Of a stretch of 64,000 bases of DNA, positions 30,660 through 40,595 are shown one piece after another. Positions within the stretch are counted from its first letter, which is position 1. Each line of letters opens with the position of its first letter. This DNA comes from an uncultured Verrucomicrobiae bacterium (GTDB lineage: Bacteria > Verrucomicrobiota > Verrucomicrobiia > Limisphaerales > Palsa-1400). The stretch lies in contig OY969763.1 of NCBI GenBank assembly GCA_963702845.1, positions 5,963,560-6,027,559 of the forward strand. The letters run 5' to 3'. The position numbers and the translations under genes were made by a program. The notes beneath the pieces are model-generated. The model worked only from the letters and a program-made list of their open reading frames with translations, was not told where the DNA came from and did not search any database.

Positions 30660-31388
30660 TTAATCTTCCCAAACCCCAAGCTCCCTCATCTGCCGCGTCA
30701 CCGTCCCCACCCAGTCCCGATTCGCCGCGGGACACGCCGGGCTAGGATGTAAAATCTGTCCGATCTTCCGCTCTGGAACAACCGCTCGCGCCCGACCCAC
30801 CGCAAATCCGCCGACGCCGACGACCCATTCAGGATCCAATGCAGCCACGATTGCTTTCAGATGCTGGTCGCAAACCTTGTGCAACCGTTCCGACGTGGCT
30901 TTGTTAAATCGTTCTGCGGCAAAATTCGAACCGCGCTGTTCTAGAAAAGCCAGCGGACAGTAATTGGCCACAAAATGGTCCGCGAAGAAATTTTCCGCCG
31001 CACCAAACCGTTCCTCGAACAATCCCCACAAACGTCGGCCGCTCACCTCCGACCTTAGGCATTCAAACCCAAGAATGCGCGCTTTCGAATGCTGCTTTTC
31101 CGGCGGGACAATCTTTCCGTCCAACTTAAGCCACTCACGCACCGCGCGAACTTCTCCAAACGGAATGCCCGTTTGCATCATTCCGAAGGGACCGGGATTC
31201 ATACCCAGAAACACAACGCGCTTTCGACTGTTGCCGTATCGACGCAAATATTCCTCGTGCGGTTCCCAGGCGTATTCGAGCGGATTGTAAATATGCGCGA
31301 CCGGCGCGCGAAACCTGAGGCGTCCTGCGTTATCGCGCAGTTCCTCTGCGGCTGCAATGAGTTGTTTTGCGATCGTCGGGGTGGACAT
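30660..31388 (-). CDS. SMUG1-type (family 3) uracil-DNA glycosylase
   Basis: YNPLEYA, GMNPGPFGMMQTGIPFG, SEVSGRRLW, HPSP motifs. Confidence 0.9.
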   Translation of the reverse strand: MSTPTIAKQLIAAAEELRDNAGRLRFRAPVAHIYNPLEYAWEPHEEYLRRYGNSRKRVVFLGMNPGPFGMMQTGIPFGEVRAVREWLKLDGKIVPPEKQHSKARILGFECLRSEVSGRRLWGLFEERFGAAENFFADHFVANYCPLAFLEQRGSNFAAERFNKATSERLHKVCDQHLKAIVAALDPEWVVGVGGFAVGRARAVVPERKIGQILHPSPACPAANRDWVGTVTRQMRELGVWED

Positions 31389-31411
31389 CGTTGCGCACTA
31401 CAAAAGCACAA

Positions 31412-31939
31412 CTAAGGGACTTTGTCAGTGTCCGTTGGCTGCGGTCTCGACAGTTTATCAAATGGAATAACGCTCAAGTCTCCGCTGCGTTCAATCCGTG
31501 CCTCCTTCACCTCACTGGCGGTCTCGTGTGATTTCAGCCGCAGATCCTCCATCAGGTCGCGTTCAGTAAGGTAATTCCGTGCCATGGCTTTGGGCTGTAT
31601 TTGGCCGTCGGCGATCACCTTATCGTCGTTGCCTTTGACCAACCGTCCAATCGCATGGAACCGGAAACTCAGCCATGCTAGCAACCGATGAAACAGCACC
31701 ACCGCTAACCCCGCAACGAGTGTTGGAAAAAACGGCGCCGAACCATTGATCGCGCGGGAGAGCATCGAGCCAAGTATGAACGCGAGGATGAAATCGAAAA
31801 TGGTCTTCCGGCCCAAAAAGCGTTTCGCCCCCAGCCGCACAATGATGAGTGACCCGATAAAAACGATCAACGCGCGCAGGACAATTTGACCGTAACCCAG
31901 GTCGTGCGGCTGCAATTTCAACCCGAGAAGATCGTCCAT
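31412..31939 (-). CDS. DUF421/YetF membrane protein
   Basis: Three TM helices, then IERSGDLSVI. Confidence 0.85.
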   Translation of the reverse strand: MDDLLGLKLQPHDLGYGQIVLRALIVFIGSLIIVRLGAKRFLGRKTIFDFILAFILGSMLSRAINGSAPFFPTLVAGLAVVLFHRLLAWLSFRFHAIGRLVKGNDDKVIADGQIQPKAMARNYLTERDLMEDLRLKSHETASEVKEARIERSGDLSVIPFDKLSRPQPTDTDKVP

Positions 31940-32035
31940 CTGACAACATCTTCCGGCGGCACTCGCACCTCAAGACCACCAGGAACCTGATTTAATCGTC
32001 AGGCGGCCAACCGAGTATAATAAATTGTTACGTCT

Positions 32036-32141
32036 CCGCAGAGGGTTTGTAACCCCTTTTGTAACGGTTAAAACGTGAAAAATAACCAATATTTACAAGG
32101 GTTGTAACGTTGTAACGGGTTTACACCCCGGGATGGGTGGG
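32036..32141. repeat. TGTAAC iteron-like element, copy A
   Basis: Four TGTAAC around an AT-rich spacer; 30/34 identity to 50109-50142. Confidence 0.6.
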
Positions 32142-32191
32142 TCTCCCCCATTTGCGGTTGTCCGCCGTTCTGGTTTTGCTAACCTCGCCCC

Positions 32192-33100
32192 ATGCCAGTT
32201 TATCTTCCGCCAATTTCCCGACGCCGTTTTCTTGCCACCTCGTTGACCGCCGTTGCCGGCGCGCTCTGTGTCCCATCCCTGCTCGCCGCTAACCGTAAGA
32301 CCGATTCGGATACCTGGGCATTTCTGTCGGATATCCACATCGCTGCCGATCCGAAGAAAGTCGCGCGTAACACCAACATGACGAACAATCTCAAAGCGGT
32401 GCGAAAAGAAATCCTGAGCTGGCCAACGCGTCCCGGAGGCGTGCTCGTCAACGGTGACCTCGCGTTCAACAACGGTGAAACCGCCGATTACGCCGCCGTT
32501 ACCAAGGTGTTCGAACCATTGCGCAAAGACGGCATGCCCGTCGTGCTCGGCATCGGCAATCACGACAACCGCGAACGCTTCTGGGACTCGATGAAATCAG
32601 CCAAGCGAACGGAACCAAGTGTTGCTGATCGCCAGGTCATGATGATCAGCAACAAGCATGCAAACTTTTTCGTCCTCGATTCACTCATCAAGACGTTGCA
32701 AACCCCTGGCTTGGTTGGCGAAGAGCAACGTGAATGGTTGAAGAAAAGTCTGGATGCGAATACCGATAAACCGGCGATTGTCATCGTTCATCACAATCCG
32801 ATCGATTCCGGCATGGCGACCAACTTGAACGATCAGAAAGAAATGTTTGAGATACTTCGCCCGCGCAAACAGGTCAAAGCGTGGTTCTTCGGCCACACCC
32901 ACTATTGGAATGTCGCGCAGGACGAAAGCGGCATTCACATGGTCAATCTGCCGTGCGTCGCCTATCCGTTCAAACCTGAGGCCCCGAGCGCCTGGGTCCA
33001 CGCAACCCTGAAACAAGATGGAATCCGCCTCGAACTCCGGTGCGTCGATCCGACGCACAAAGCCCAGGGCCAAGTCAAAGACCTGACCTGGCGCGCGTAG
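32192..33100 (+). CDS. Tat-exported metallophosphoesterase (Icc/CpdA-like)
   Basis: SRRRFL signal; DIH, GD, GNHD, GHTH motifs. Confidence 0.88.
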   Translation: MPVYLPPISRRRFLATSLTAVAGALCVPSLLAANRKTDSDTWAFLSDIHIAADPKKVARNTNMTNNLKAVRKEILSWPTRPGGVLVNGDLAFNNGETADYAAVTKVFEPLRKDGMPVVLGIGNHDNRERFWDSMKSAKRTEPSVADRQVMMISNKHANFFVLDSLIKTLQTPGLVGEEQREWLKKSLDANTDKPAIVIVHHNPIDSGMATNLNDQKEMFEILRPRKQVKAWFFGHTHYWNVAQDESGIHMVNLPCVAYPFKPEAPSAWVHATLKQDGIRLELRCVDPTHKAQGQVKDLTWRA

Positions 33101-33102
33101 AA

Positions 33103-34650
33103 TCAGTTCAGGCCTTTTAAAATTTGCAGGGTGGTAGGGTTTGTGATCGCAATCGCGATCTGCGGAAAAATCCCCAGCACAAACATCAACGCAATCGCCG
33201 GGAGCGCAATGAAGCGTTCAGTCATTGTCAGGTCAAATTTCGCCTCGACTGGCTTGGTGAGCGGCCCATGGAATACCCGTTGAATCAAAGTCAGGATAAA
33301 CACCGCCGTCACGAGCAGACCAATTGTCGAAACCGCCGCCGCACTTGTCGCAAGCGGGAACACGCCCTTGAAAATCAGGAACTCACCAACAAACCCATTC
33401 AAGCCCGGCAATCCCAGCGACGCAAATAGAGTAATACCCATGAACCCGCAAAGAACCGGCGCGACTTTCCGCAGACCTCCAAAGTTTTCGATGTTGCGCA
33501 ACCCACCATTGCGTTGTTCCAACACGCCAACAAAATAGAACAACGCACACGCCGTTAGTCCGTGGTTGACCATCTGCAACAACACACCGTTCAGAGCCGC
33601 GGCTTTTTCCAACGGCGCGTTGATACTTCCGTCGGTCATTTTCACGATGGCGAAAATCCCGAGCAGGCAATAACCAAGGTGGTTGATTGATGAGTAAGCA
33701 ACGATTCGTTTGATGTCACGTTGTGCAAATGCTGTAAACGCCGACACGACGATCGTCGCCACGGCAAGCCACAACAGCGGCGTCGCCAGCGCTCGGGTCT
33801 GTTCCGGAAAGATTGGAAGCAGAATGCGAATGAAACCATAAACCCCCATCTTCGACATCGCGCCCGTCAGCACCATACTCGTGCTCGTCGGCGCTTCAGT
33901 ATACGCGTCCGGCAACCACGTGTGAAACGGCACCATCGGCACCTTCACCGCGAATCCGAGCAGCACGCCAAAAAAGAGAACGGTGATGAGACTGTGTTCG
34001 GTTTTGAAAAGCCCACCACCCAGTTTTGCAAAGAGTATCTTGCCCAGTTCGCCATTACGTGCGAGGTCGGCCAATTGGTTGAAGTCGAAAATCCCGGTCG
34101 CCGCTTGAATGGCAATAAACGCCAGCAACATCGCCACGCTTCCCACGAGGGTGTAAATGAAGAACTGCATCGCCGCCCGCGTGCGATTGGGGCCACCCCA
34201 GAGTTTGATCAGGAAGAACGCAGGAATAAGGCTTAGTTCCCAAAAAATAAACCAATGGAAAAAGTTCAGTGCGGTGAACGTCCCGAACAGTCCTGCTTCG
34301 AGCAGCAACAGCAACGCGAAGTAGAGCTTCGGGTTCTGTCCAATCCTCCACGCCGCAAGCATCGCAAACGGGATGATGAACGCAGAGAGCAGAAGCATCA
34401 GCAAGCCGAGTCCGTCGATACCGAGATGAAACTCGATGCCGAGCGTTGGAATCCAGGATCCGCGCTCAACGAATTGCATCTGTGCATTGGCCGGATCGAA
34501 GCCAACCCAAATACAAACCGCGAGCGCGAAAGCAACGAGTGACGTCCCTAGCGCTGTCTGCCGGGCGATGGCGCGCGGAACGCATGCTAAAAGCGCTGCG
34601 CCAGCCAGCGGCACAAACGTCAAAACTGTGAGTAACGGATAAGAACTCAT
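33103..34650 (-). CDS. nuoM: NADH-quinone oxidoreductase subunit M
   Basis: FIFWEL, VKVPMVPFHTWLPDAYTEAP, SLGLPGLNGFVGEF. Confidence 0.93.
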   Translation of the reverse strand: MSSYPLLTVLTFVPLAGAALLACVPRAIARQTALGTSLVAFALAVCIWVGFDPANAQMQFVERGSWIPTLGIEFHLGIDGLGLLMLLLSAFIIPFAMLAAWRIGQNPKLYFALLLLLEAGLFGTFTALNFFHWFIFWELSLIPAFFLIKLWGGPNRTRAAMQFFIYTLVGSVAMLLAFIAIQAATGIFDFNQLADLARNGELGKILFAKLGGGLFKTEHSLITVLFFGVLLGFAVKVPMVPFHTWLPDAYTEAPTSTSMVLTGAMSKMGVYGFIRILLPIFPEQTRALATPLLWLAVATIVVSAFTAFAQRDIKRIVAYSSINHLGYCLLGIFAIVKMTDGSINAPLEKAAALNGVLLQMVNHGLTACALFYFVGVLEQRNGGLRNIENFGGLRKVAPVLCGFMGITLFASLGLPGLNGFVGEFLIFKGVFPLATSAAAVSTIGLLVTAVFILTLIQRVFHGPLTKPVEAKFDLTMTERFIALPAIALMFVLGIFPQIAIAITNPTTLQILKGLN

Positions 34651-36629
34651 GAGCACCCCCAAAGCAGAGCAATCACCAGCAGGCAAAGCGCCAGGCCAAT
34701 CGCGCGCATGTAGCGTTGGATCTGGCCATTCTGGATTTTGGAAAGTAACCACGCCGAATCGCGCACCGTCGCGCAACCTTCATCGAAGCCGCTGTTGACG
34801 AGCTTCTCATCGGACTCGCGGCTGAAGTTGGAAATCAGCAGAACAAAATTCGAAATGAGGCTGACGAGGCCGCCCCAGATATATTCATCTATCCACGCGA
34901 AGGTTTTGGCGAGCACCGCATTCAAGCGGATGACCGTTGCTTCGTAGATTTCGTCGACGAAATATTTCCGCTCCAGCAGGCGATACACGAACGGGAATTT
35001 AAATTCCAGCGGATCAGTGTTCCTGGCGCGACGGTAAACCCAGAAGCTCAGTCCCATACCGCACGCGACCACGAGCGTCGACAAGAGCATCAATCCCGTC
35101 GCCTCGCCGAGCTTGGCAAATTCAACACGTGCGGGTTCGCCGCCAAGAAACGATTGGAACCAAGGCCAAGCTGGTGTGCCGATGACACCAAGACCAATGG
35201 CGAACACGGCAAGAATCGCGAGAGGCACCGTCATAACGCGCGGCGATTCGTGCGGATGTTTCAGCGTCCGACTCGCTGGCTTAAAGAAAACGTAATAGAC
35301 CTGGCGCGTCATGTAGAACGCGGTGAGAAATGCGCCGACAACCCCGAGCAAAAACGGAACGCTGGAAGGTTCCCAATGATGTGCCGCGTGCAGAATGGCG
35401 TCCTTGCTCCAAAAACCTGAAAAGACCAGTGGCACACCACAGAGCGCCATCATGCCGACGGCATACGTTACAAACGTCACCGGCATGAACTTCCGCAGCC
35501 CGCCCATATTGCGAATGTCTTGCTCTTCGTGACAGCCGTGAATGACAGAACCAGCGCCGAGAAATAACAGCGCCTTGAAAAATGCGTGAGTGATGAGGTG
35601 GAACATCCCAATGGACACGCCGCCGACGCCGAGGCCCATCATCATGTAACCGAGTTGTGAAACGGTGGAATAGGCGAGAATACGTTTGATGTCATTTTGC
35701 GCGACAGCAATCGACGCGGCGAACACAGCGGTGATCGCGCCAACCCAAGTTACAACGTGCAATGCAGTGCCCGCGCTCATTAACGGATAGACGCGTGCGA
35801 CGAGGAACACACCAGCGGCGACCATCGTCGCTGCATGAATGAGCGCGCTGACGGGTGTTGGGCCTTCCATCGCGTCGGGCAACCAGACGTGCAGTGGTAG
35901 TTGACCGGATTTGCCAGCCGCTCCACAGAACAACAGGAGCGAAATGGCTGTAGAAACAGCCATTTCGCCTAGGGTTGTTTGGGTCAGGAGTTTGGTGATG
36001 GAAGATTGTTCAAGGCAACCGGCGCCATTGTCGTAGAACAGCAACGTGCCCGTTTTCGAATAGAGCCAAAGGATGCCAAGGAAAAATCCGATGTCTCCGA
36101 TTCGTGTGGTGATGAACGCTTTCTTGCAAGCGGCCGCCGCGCTCGGTTTGTGATACCAGAATCCAATAAGGAGATATGAAGAGAGCCCGACCAGTTCCCA
36201 CGAGATGAACAGGAGCAACAAACTGTTCGCGACGACGATGCCGAGCATCGCTGCGGCGAAGAGTGACAGGAAGCAGAAGTAACGGGCGAAGTTTTCGTCA
36301 TTCGCCATGTATCCGACGCTATAGATGAAGATCAGCAGGCTGACGAACGTGACCATTACCGCCATCAACGCGGTTAAAGGATCGAGGATGAACCCGAGTT
36401 GCACCGTTGTGGTGCCGAGATCGAACCATTTGAAGTTGAGAACTTCGCGCGGCGCATTCGGTAACGTGTGTGCGAACGCAATGACCGCAAGCACGAGCGA
36501 AGCCGCCATCGCGCCGATTGCCAACGAAGCTGCGACCCTCCGGGATGTGCGCGGCAAAACTGAGCTGATGGCCGCCGCAATCAGCGGCAACACCGGAATC
36601 AGCCACAATATTTTGATAGGCGCGATCAT
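34647..36629 (-). CDS. nuoL: NADH-quinone oxidoreductase subunit L
   Basis: WLPDAMEGPTPVSALIHAATMV, HAFFKALLFL. Confidence 0.95.
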   Translation of the reverse strand: MIAPIKILWLIPVLPLIAAAISSVLPRTSRRVAASLAIGAMAASLVLAVIAFAHTLPNAPREVLNFKWFDLGTTTVQLGFILDPLTALMAVMVTFVSLLIFIYSVGYMANDENFARYFCFLSLFAAAMLGIVVANSLLLLFISWELVGLSSYLLIGFWYHKPSAAAACKKAFITTRIGDIGFFLGILWLYSKTGTLLFYDNGAGCLEQSSITKLLTQTTLGEMAVSTAISLLLFCGAAGKSGQLPLHVWLPDAMEGPTPVSALIHAATMVAAGVFLVARVYPLMSAGTALHVVTWVGAITAVFAASIAVAQNDIKRILAYSTVSQLGYMMMGLGVGGVSIGMFHLITHAFFKALLFLGAGSVIHGCHEEQDIRNMGGLRKFMPVTFVTYAVGMMALCGVPLVFSGFWSKDAILHAAHHWEPSSVPFLLGVVGAFLTAFYMTRQVYYVFFKPASRTLKHPHESPRVMTVPLAILAVFAIGLGVIGTPAWPWFQSFLGGEPARVEFAKLGEATGLMLLSTLVVACGMGLSFWVYRRARNTDPLEFKFPFVYRLLERKYFVDEIYEATVIRLNAVLAKTFAWIDEYIWGGLVSLISNFVLLISNFSRESDEKLVNSGFDEGCATVRDSAWLLSKIQNGQIQRYMRAIGLALCLLVIALLWGCS

Positions 36630-36632
36630 TCG

Positions 36633-36944
36633 TTAGCCTTTGAGTGAATCCATTTGTTCGAGTTGCGTCGTCTGGCGATGACGATAGACGGCAATAATCA
36701 GAGCGAGGCCCACGGCAGCTTCGGCCGCGGCAATCGCGATGGAAAAAATCACGGCCATGATGCCGGTTGGCGCAGTGCCGCTGACGCCGTAACGCCAGAA
36801 CGCGATGAAATTCATATTGGCGGCATTGAGCATAAACTCGATCCCGAGCAGCACGATGACCGCATTGCGCCGTGTGACCGCGCCCGCGAATCCAACCGCG
36901 AAGAGCAGCCCAGACAGTCCCAAATAATACGAGAGCGGTGTCAT
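36633..36944 (-). CDS. nuoK: NADH-quinone oxidoreductase subunit K
   Basis: IEFMLNA and AAAEAAVGLA motifs. Confidence 0.93.
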   Translation of the reverse strand: MTPLSYYLGLSGLLFAVGFAGAVTRRNAVIVLLGIEFMLNAANMNFIAFWRYGVSGTAPTGIMAVIFSIAIAAAEAAVGLALIIAVYRHRQTTQLEQMDSLKG

Positions 36945-37552
36945 ACAGTTGTGAGCTCCGGTTTGTTTGCAGTTCCCGCTTTTGCCGGCGGGATTTCAGA
37001 TGGAAAGCGCGCAGCGGGCTTTGAATCCGCACGAACCATAGACCGCTTCTTTTCCGGCGTGTCAGACATCGCAATCACAACCGCTCCAATCAAAGCGGCA
37101 GTAAGCAACAAGCCCATCGCTTCCAATGGCAGCAGATAACGAGTCATGAGCTCGTTGCCGATCAACTGAACCGGAGCCGAAGCGTCCGTCGGCGCAGTCT
37201 TGAAGGAAATTGAGCTGCTGAAGATCGGCAACAAAATCGCCGCCAACGCGCCGATCGTGATTGCGATACCCGTGATCCAAGAACGTGAAAAGATGGCAAC
37301 GTTCGGTTCGACTTCGCTCCCGCGCGTCAGCAATACCGTGAAGATGCTGAGAATTGAAATGGCGCCGACGTAGACGAGGAATTGGGCGAACCCGATGAAT
37401 TCCGCATCCAATCCCAGGAACGCCACTGCCAGACCCGCAAACGCCAACGCCGCGGCCAACGCGCAATGCACCGGATTGCGCAGGCGCATTGCTGCGACCG
37501 CGGCGCTGAGCGTAAAAACTGCGGTCAGGCAAAATGTAATTTTATTCGGCAT
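36941..37552 (-). CDS. nuoJ: NADH-quinone oxidoreductase subunit J
   Basis: QFLVYVGAI and YLLPLE motifs. Confidence 0.9.
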   Translation of the reverse strand: MPNKITFCLTAVFTLSAAVAAMRLRNPVHCALAAALAFAGLAVAFLGLDAEFIGFAQFLVYVGAISILSIFTVLLTRGSEVEPNVAIFSRSWITGIAITIGALAAILLPIFSSSISFKTAPTDASAPVQLIGNELMTRYLLPLEAMGLLLTAALIGAVVIAMSDTPEKKRSMVRADSKPAARFPSEIPPAKAGTANKPELTTV

Positions 37553-38756
37553 ACCGATAGGTCCGCGGCGCGCGTTTCAAACTCAACACGCGTCCCAAAA
37601 TTTCATAAGCAGTAAAAAATAATCCGATGCAGGCCAGCCATCGCGGTGCGACAGTTTCGAAATATTCCAATGGACGGGAGAGGACCGGGGTGGGCCAACT
37701 TACGGTCGCGAAATGCCAGATGCCAGCCACGACGATGTTTACCAACGTAAGCGGCACAACGAATTTCCACGCGAAATTGAGCAGTTGGTCGAAGCGCAAA
37801 CGAGGAACGGTGCCGCGTGCCCAAATGAATACTGCGATCAGCACGCCAAACTTGGCGAAGAACCACAGCCAGGATGGCAACACGCTCAAGAACGCGAGCG
37901 GCGCATTCCAACCGCCGAGGAACAGCGTGACTGCTAGTCCGGTCACGGCGAACAATCCGAGATATTCGCCGAGGAAGAAGAGGGCGTATTTGAAACCGGA
38001 GTATTCCGTCAGGAAGCCGGCGATAATTTCCGATTCGCCTTCGGGCAAGTCGAACGGCGCACGATTCGATTCCGCGGTGGCTGCAATCATGAACAACAAG
38101 AAACCGGCGGCGCCCCACGGCGTGAACACGTTCCACTGACCGACACCAAACGCGAAACCGGACTGCGCGTTAACGATCTCGTTCAAGTTCAAAGTCCCGC
38201 TGAGCATCAGCACCGGGATGGTCGAGAGCACCAGCGGCACTTCGTAACTGATCATCTGTGCAACCCCGCGCATCGCACCGATGAGCGAGTATTTATTGTG
38301 GCTCGACCAACCGGCCATGAACACGGCGAGTTCAGAGGCCGAGCCAACGGCGAAGAAGAACAGGATGCCCGCGTCGAGATCGATCGCGCTCATGTTCCGG
38401 CCAAACGGCAGGACTGCAAAGGCGAGCCAGATGGGAACCGTTAACACGATGGGAGCGAGGTAGTGCAGCACTTTGTCGGCGGCGTAAGGAACGATGTCCT
38501 CTTTGGTCAGCATCTTAACGGCATCGGCCATTGGCTGAAGAAATCCACACGGGCCAACGCGATTCGGGCCGTAACGGTTTTGTATTCGGCCGAGTCCTTT
38601 ACGTTCCAGAATCGTGGTGAGCGCAAAGGCTGTCCCGAACACTGCGATGATTGCCGCGATGCTCAGCACCACCGAGCTAACCGGTTGCAGAAAGGCTGGA
38701 ACAAACGTCAGCAACCATTGCTTCAGCGTGACAAAAATCTGGTCAAGCATTGTCAT
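37542..38756 (-). CDS. nuoH: NADH-quinone oxidoreductase subunit H
   Basis: ERK..GRIQNRYGPNRVG, AQMISYE, NRAPFDLPEGESE. Confidence 0.95.
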   Translation of the reverse strand: MTMLDQIFVTLKQWLLTFVPAFLQPVSSVVLSIAAIIAVFGTAFALTTILERKGLGRIQNRYGPNRVGPCGFLQPMADAVKMLTKEDIVPYAADKVLHYLAPIVLTVPIWLAFAVLPFGRNMSAIDLDAGILFFFAVGSASELAVFMAGWSSHNKYSLIGAMRGVAQMISYEVPLVLSTIPVLMLSGTLNLNEIVNAQSGFAFGVGQWNVFTPWGAAGFLLFMIAATAESNRAPFDLPEGESEIIAGFLTEYSGFKYALFFLGEYLGLFAVTGLAVTLFLGGWNAPLAFLSVLPSWLWFFAKFGVLIAVFIWARGTVPRLRFDQLLNFAWKFVVPLTLVNIVVAGIWHFATVSWPTPVLSRPLEYFETVAPRWLACIGLFFTAYEILGRVLSLKRAPRTYRYAE

Positions 38757-38950
38757 AACAGGGAAGCGAACTGATCACGCGAATTGAGGTGGTAATGGCA
38801 AAACGCGGTTTTCATTCAACTTCTTTCAACATTCGAGCAGCAATCAATGTGCAGTAAGAATCTCCTGAAATATCGAGAGAGACTCAGCGTAAATTGGCGA
38901 AACATTAGCCAAATTTGTCTATAGGGCGGGCCTTTGATTTGAGCGCCGAA

Positions 38951-38990
38951 TGGAACTAAAAGGAACCAAAGGGAACCAAAAGGAACCGAA
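38951..38990. repeat. Four GGAAC-containing decamers at exact 10-bp period
   Basis: tggaactaaa aggaaccaaa gggaaccaaa aggaaccgaa, 25 bp past the terL stop. Confidence 0.7.
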
Positions 38991-39015
38991 ATTAAGTTTT
39001 TTCGAATCGAATGCA

Positions 39016-40563
39016 TTATAAGCCCCTGAGTTTTGCGACGCGAATGACGTTCGGTTTGGTGGCGACCATGTAACGCAGGGCGTCAGCGGCATCGTCGCCT
39101 CCGGTTCCTTCCTCGTTGGTGTTTGTTTTTAATATATCGCCGGAACGATCGGGATCGTATTGGAGATAGGGCAACGTTTCGAGAAGGTGGGTGCAGCGTT
39201 TGTGAATGAACAGGCTGGGCATGATCCCGGCAGCAGGGTCGCCCAAGCGTTGTTGGATGGCGGACCATCCACTGACGCGGTCCATGTTGGCGCGGGTGAG
39301 TCGAATGCCCAAATCGCGATATTGCGACGCGACGGAGTTGCCGTTGCTTTCGGTGCCGAACATATCTGTGCCAGCGGGAAATCCAATCACCTTGCGTTTC
39401 GTCCATTGATTCCACGCGTGTTGCTGTTCATGCGAGTAGTTGGGGAAGCGGGAGAGGATGGCTTCTTTGGCATGATCTTCGGTCGAATAGACGGTGTGGC
39501 GAGCGAACATTTGTTTGATAGCCTGGGCGTGACGTTGAGGAACCCATAAACGTTCGGAATGTTCGTCGACGATGTAGAGGTTTCCCACGTGATCGTAGCA
39601 ACCCAACAGAACCACAGTGTAATGAGTGTAGCCGTAATCCATTGACGCCACCCATTCGACGGCGTGGAATTCTTTAAAACGGCGCAAGCGAGCGAGGTCG
39701 TCGAGGAAATTACGATCATCCGGGAGCGGACCGCGCGGCGCGACGGTCCCCACCTCGTCGTCGCCGATGATGTGGATGTCGGGCCGGAATGTCCGGAAAT
39801 ATTGTCCGGCTGGAATATTCCAATTGCCGTCGCACCAGGCGTCGCGCTTCCAACCGGTCAATGAGGCGAGTTCGGCTTTGTTTTCATCGTTGACGAAGGC
39901 GTTGTCCTCCATGCGGGCGGGGATGAATCGCGTCGTGGACTCGGTCCTCGATTCGTATGGGACGATAAATTTATCATAATACCATTGATGGCCGAGACCG
40001 CCGGGATTGGTGGCGGTATAGATGCGCGGACGCCAATCTTTGGATGTCCGGCAGCAGGTGGCGATGTCGGCGTATTTGACGGCAGACAGTTGAGTCGCTT
40101 CGTCGATGCCAATCACGTCATATTCGAGACCGAGATACTTGCCGATGTCTTTTTCGTGCTGGTAATGGCCGAGGACAATGCGGGAGCCGTTGGCGAATGT
40201 GAGGATACCGCGAGACGCGTTGAAGTCGTGGGGCAGAGAACAGAACAGGCGCTCGGTGAAATCCTCGAAGTTTTCGAGATTTGATTTGCCGACTTTTCGC
40301 AGCAGCAGGCATTTGAGGCCGGGAAAGCGCTGACAATCGTCGGCCCCGATCTGGCTGAGGAGCCAATGCGATTTGCCACCGGCGCGCGCGCCTCCATAAC
40401 CGATGGCGGTAGGACCGTCGGCTTTATCGCAGAGGCGCGCGGCGGCGCTGGCGGCGAGTTGCCTGGCTTGAAGGATAACTCCAGCGTTGATGAAGTTTTG
40501 GATCTGGTCAGCGGGGGATCCGGCTGATTGACAGAGGCCGATGAATTGGTCGGGAGAGATCAT
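39016..40563 (-). CDS. terL: Phage-type terminase large subunit
   Basis: Walker A GGARAGGKS, Walker B IGIDEATQL, coupling motif ATNPGG, RNase H-like acidic motifs SMDYGY and DDAADALRY; ORF intact. Confidence 0.88.
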   Translation of the reverse strand: MISPDQFIGLCQSAGSPADQIQNFINAGVILQARQLAASAAARLCDKADGPTAIGYGGARAGGKSHWLLSQIGADDCQRFPGLKCLLLRKVGKSNLENFEDFTERLFCSLPHDFNASRGILTFANGSRIVLGHYQHEKDIGKYLGLEYDVIGIDEATQLSAVKYADIATCCRTSKDWRPRIYTATNPGGLGHQWYYDKFIVPYESRTESTTRFIPARMEDNAFVNDENKAELASLTGWKRDAWCDGNWNIPAGQYFRTFRPDIHIIGDDEVGTVAPRGPLPDDRNFLDDLARLRRFKEFHAVEWVASMDYGYTHYTVVLLGCYDHVGNLYIVDEHSERLWVPQRHAQAIKQMFARHTVYSTEDHAKEAILSRFPNYSHEQQHAWNQWTKRKVIGFPAGTDMFGTESNGNSVASQYRDLGIRLTRANMDRVSGWSAIQQRLGDPAAGIMPSLFIHKRCTHLLETLPYLQYDPDRSGDILKTNTNEEGTGGDDAADALRYMVATKPNVIRVAKLRGL

Positions 40564-40595
40564 AAATGAAGTGATGAGTGACGGGTGATGAGTCG

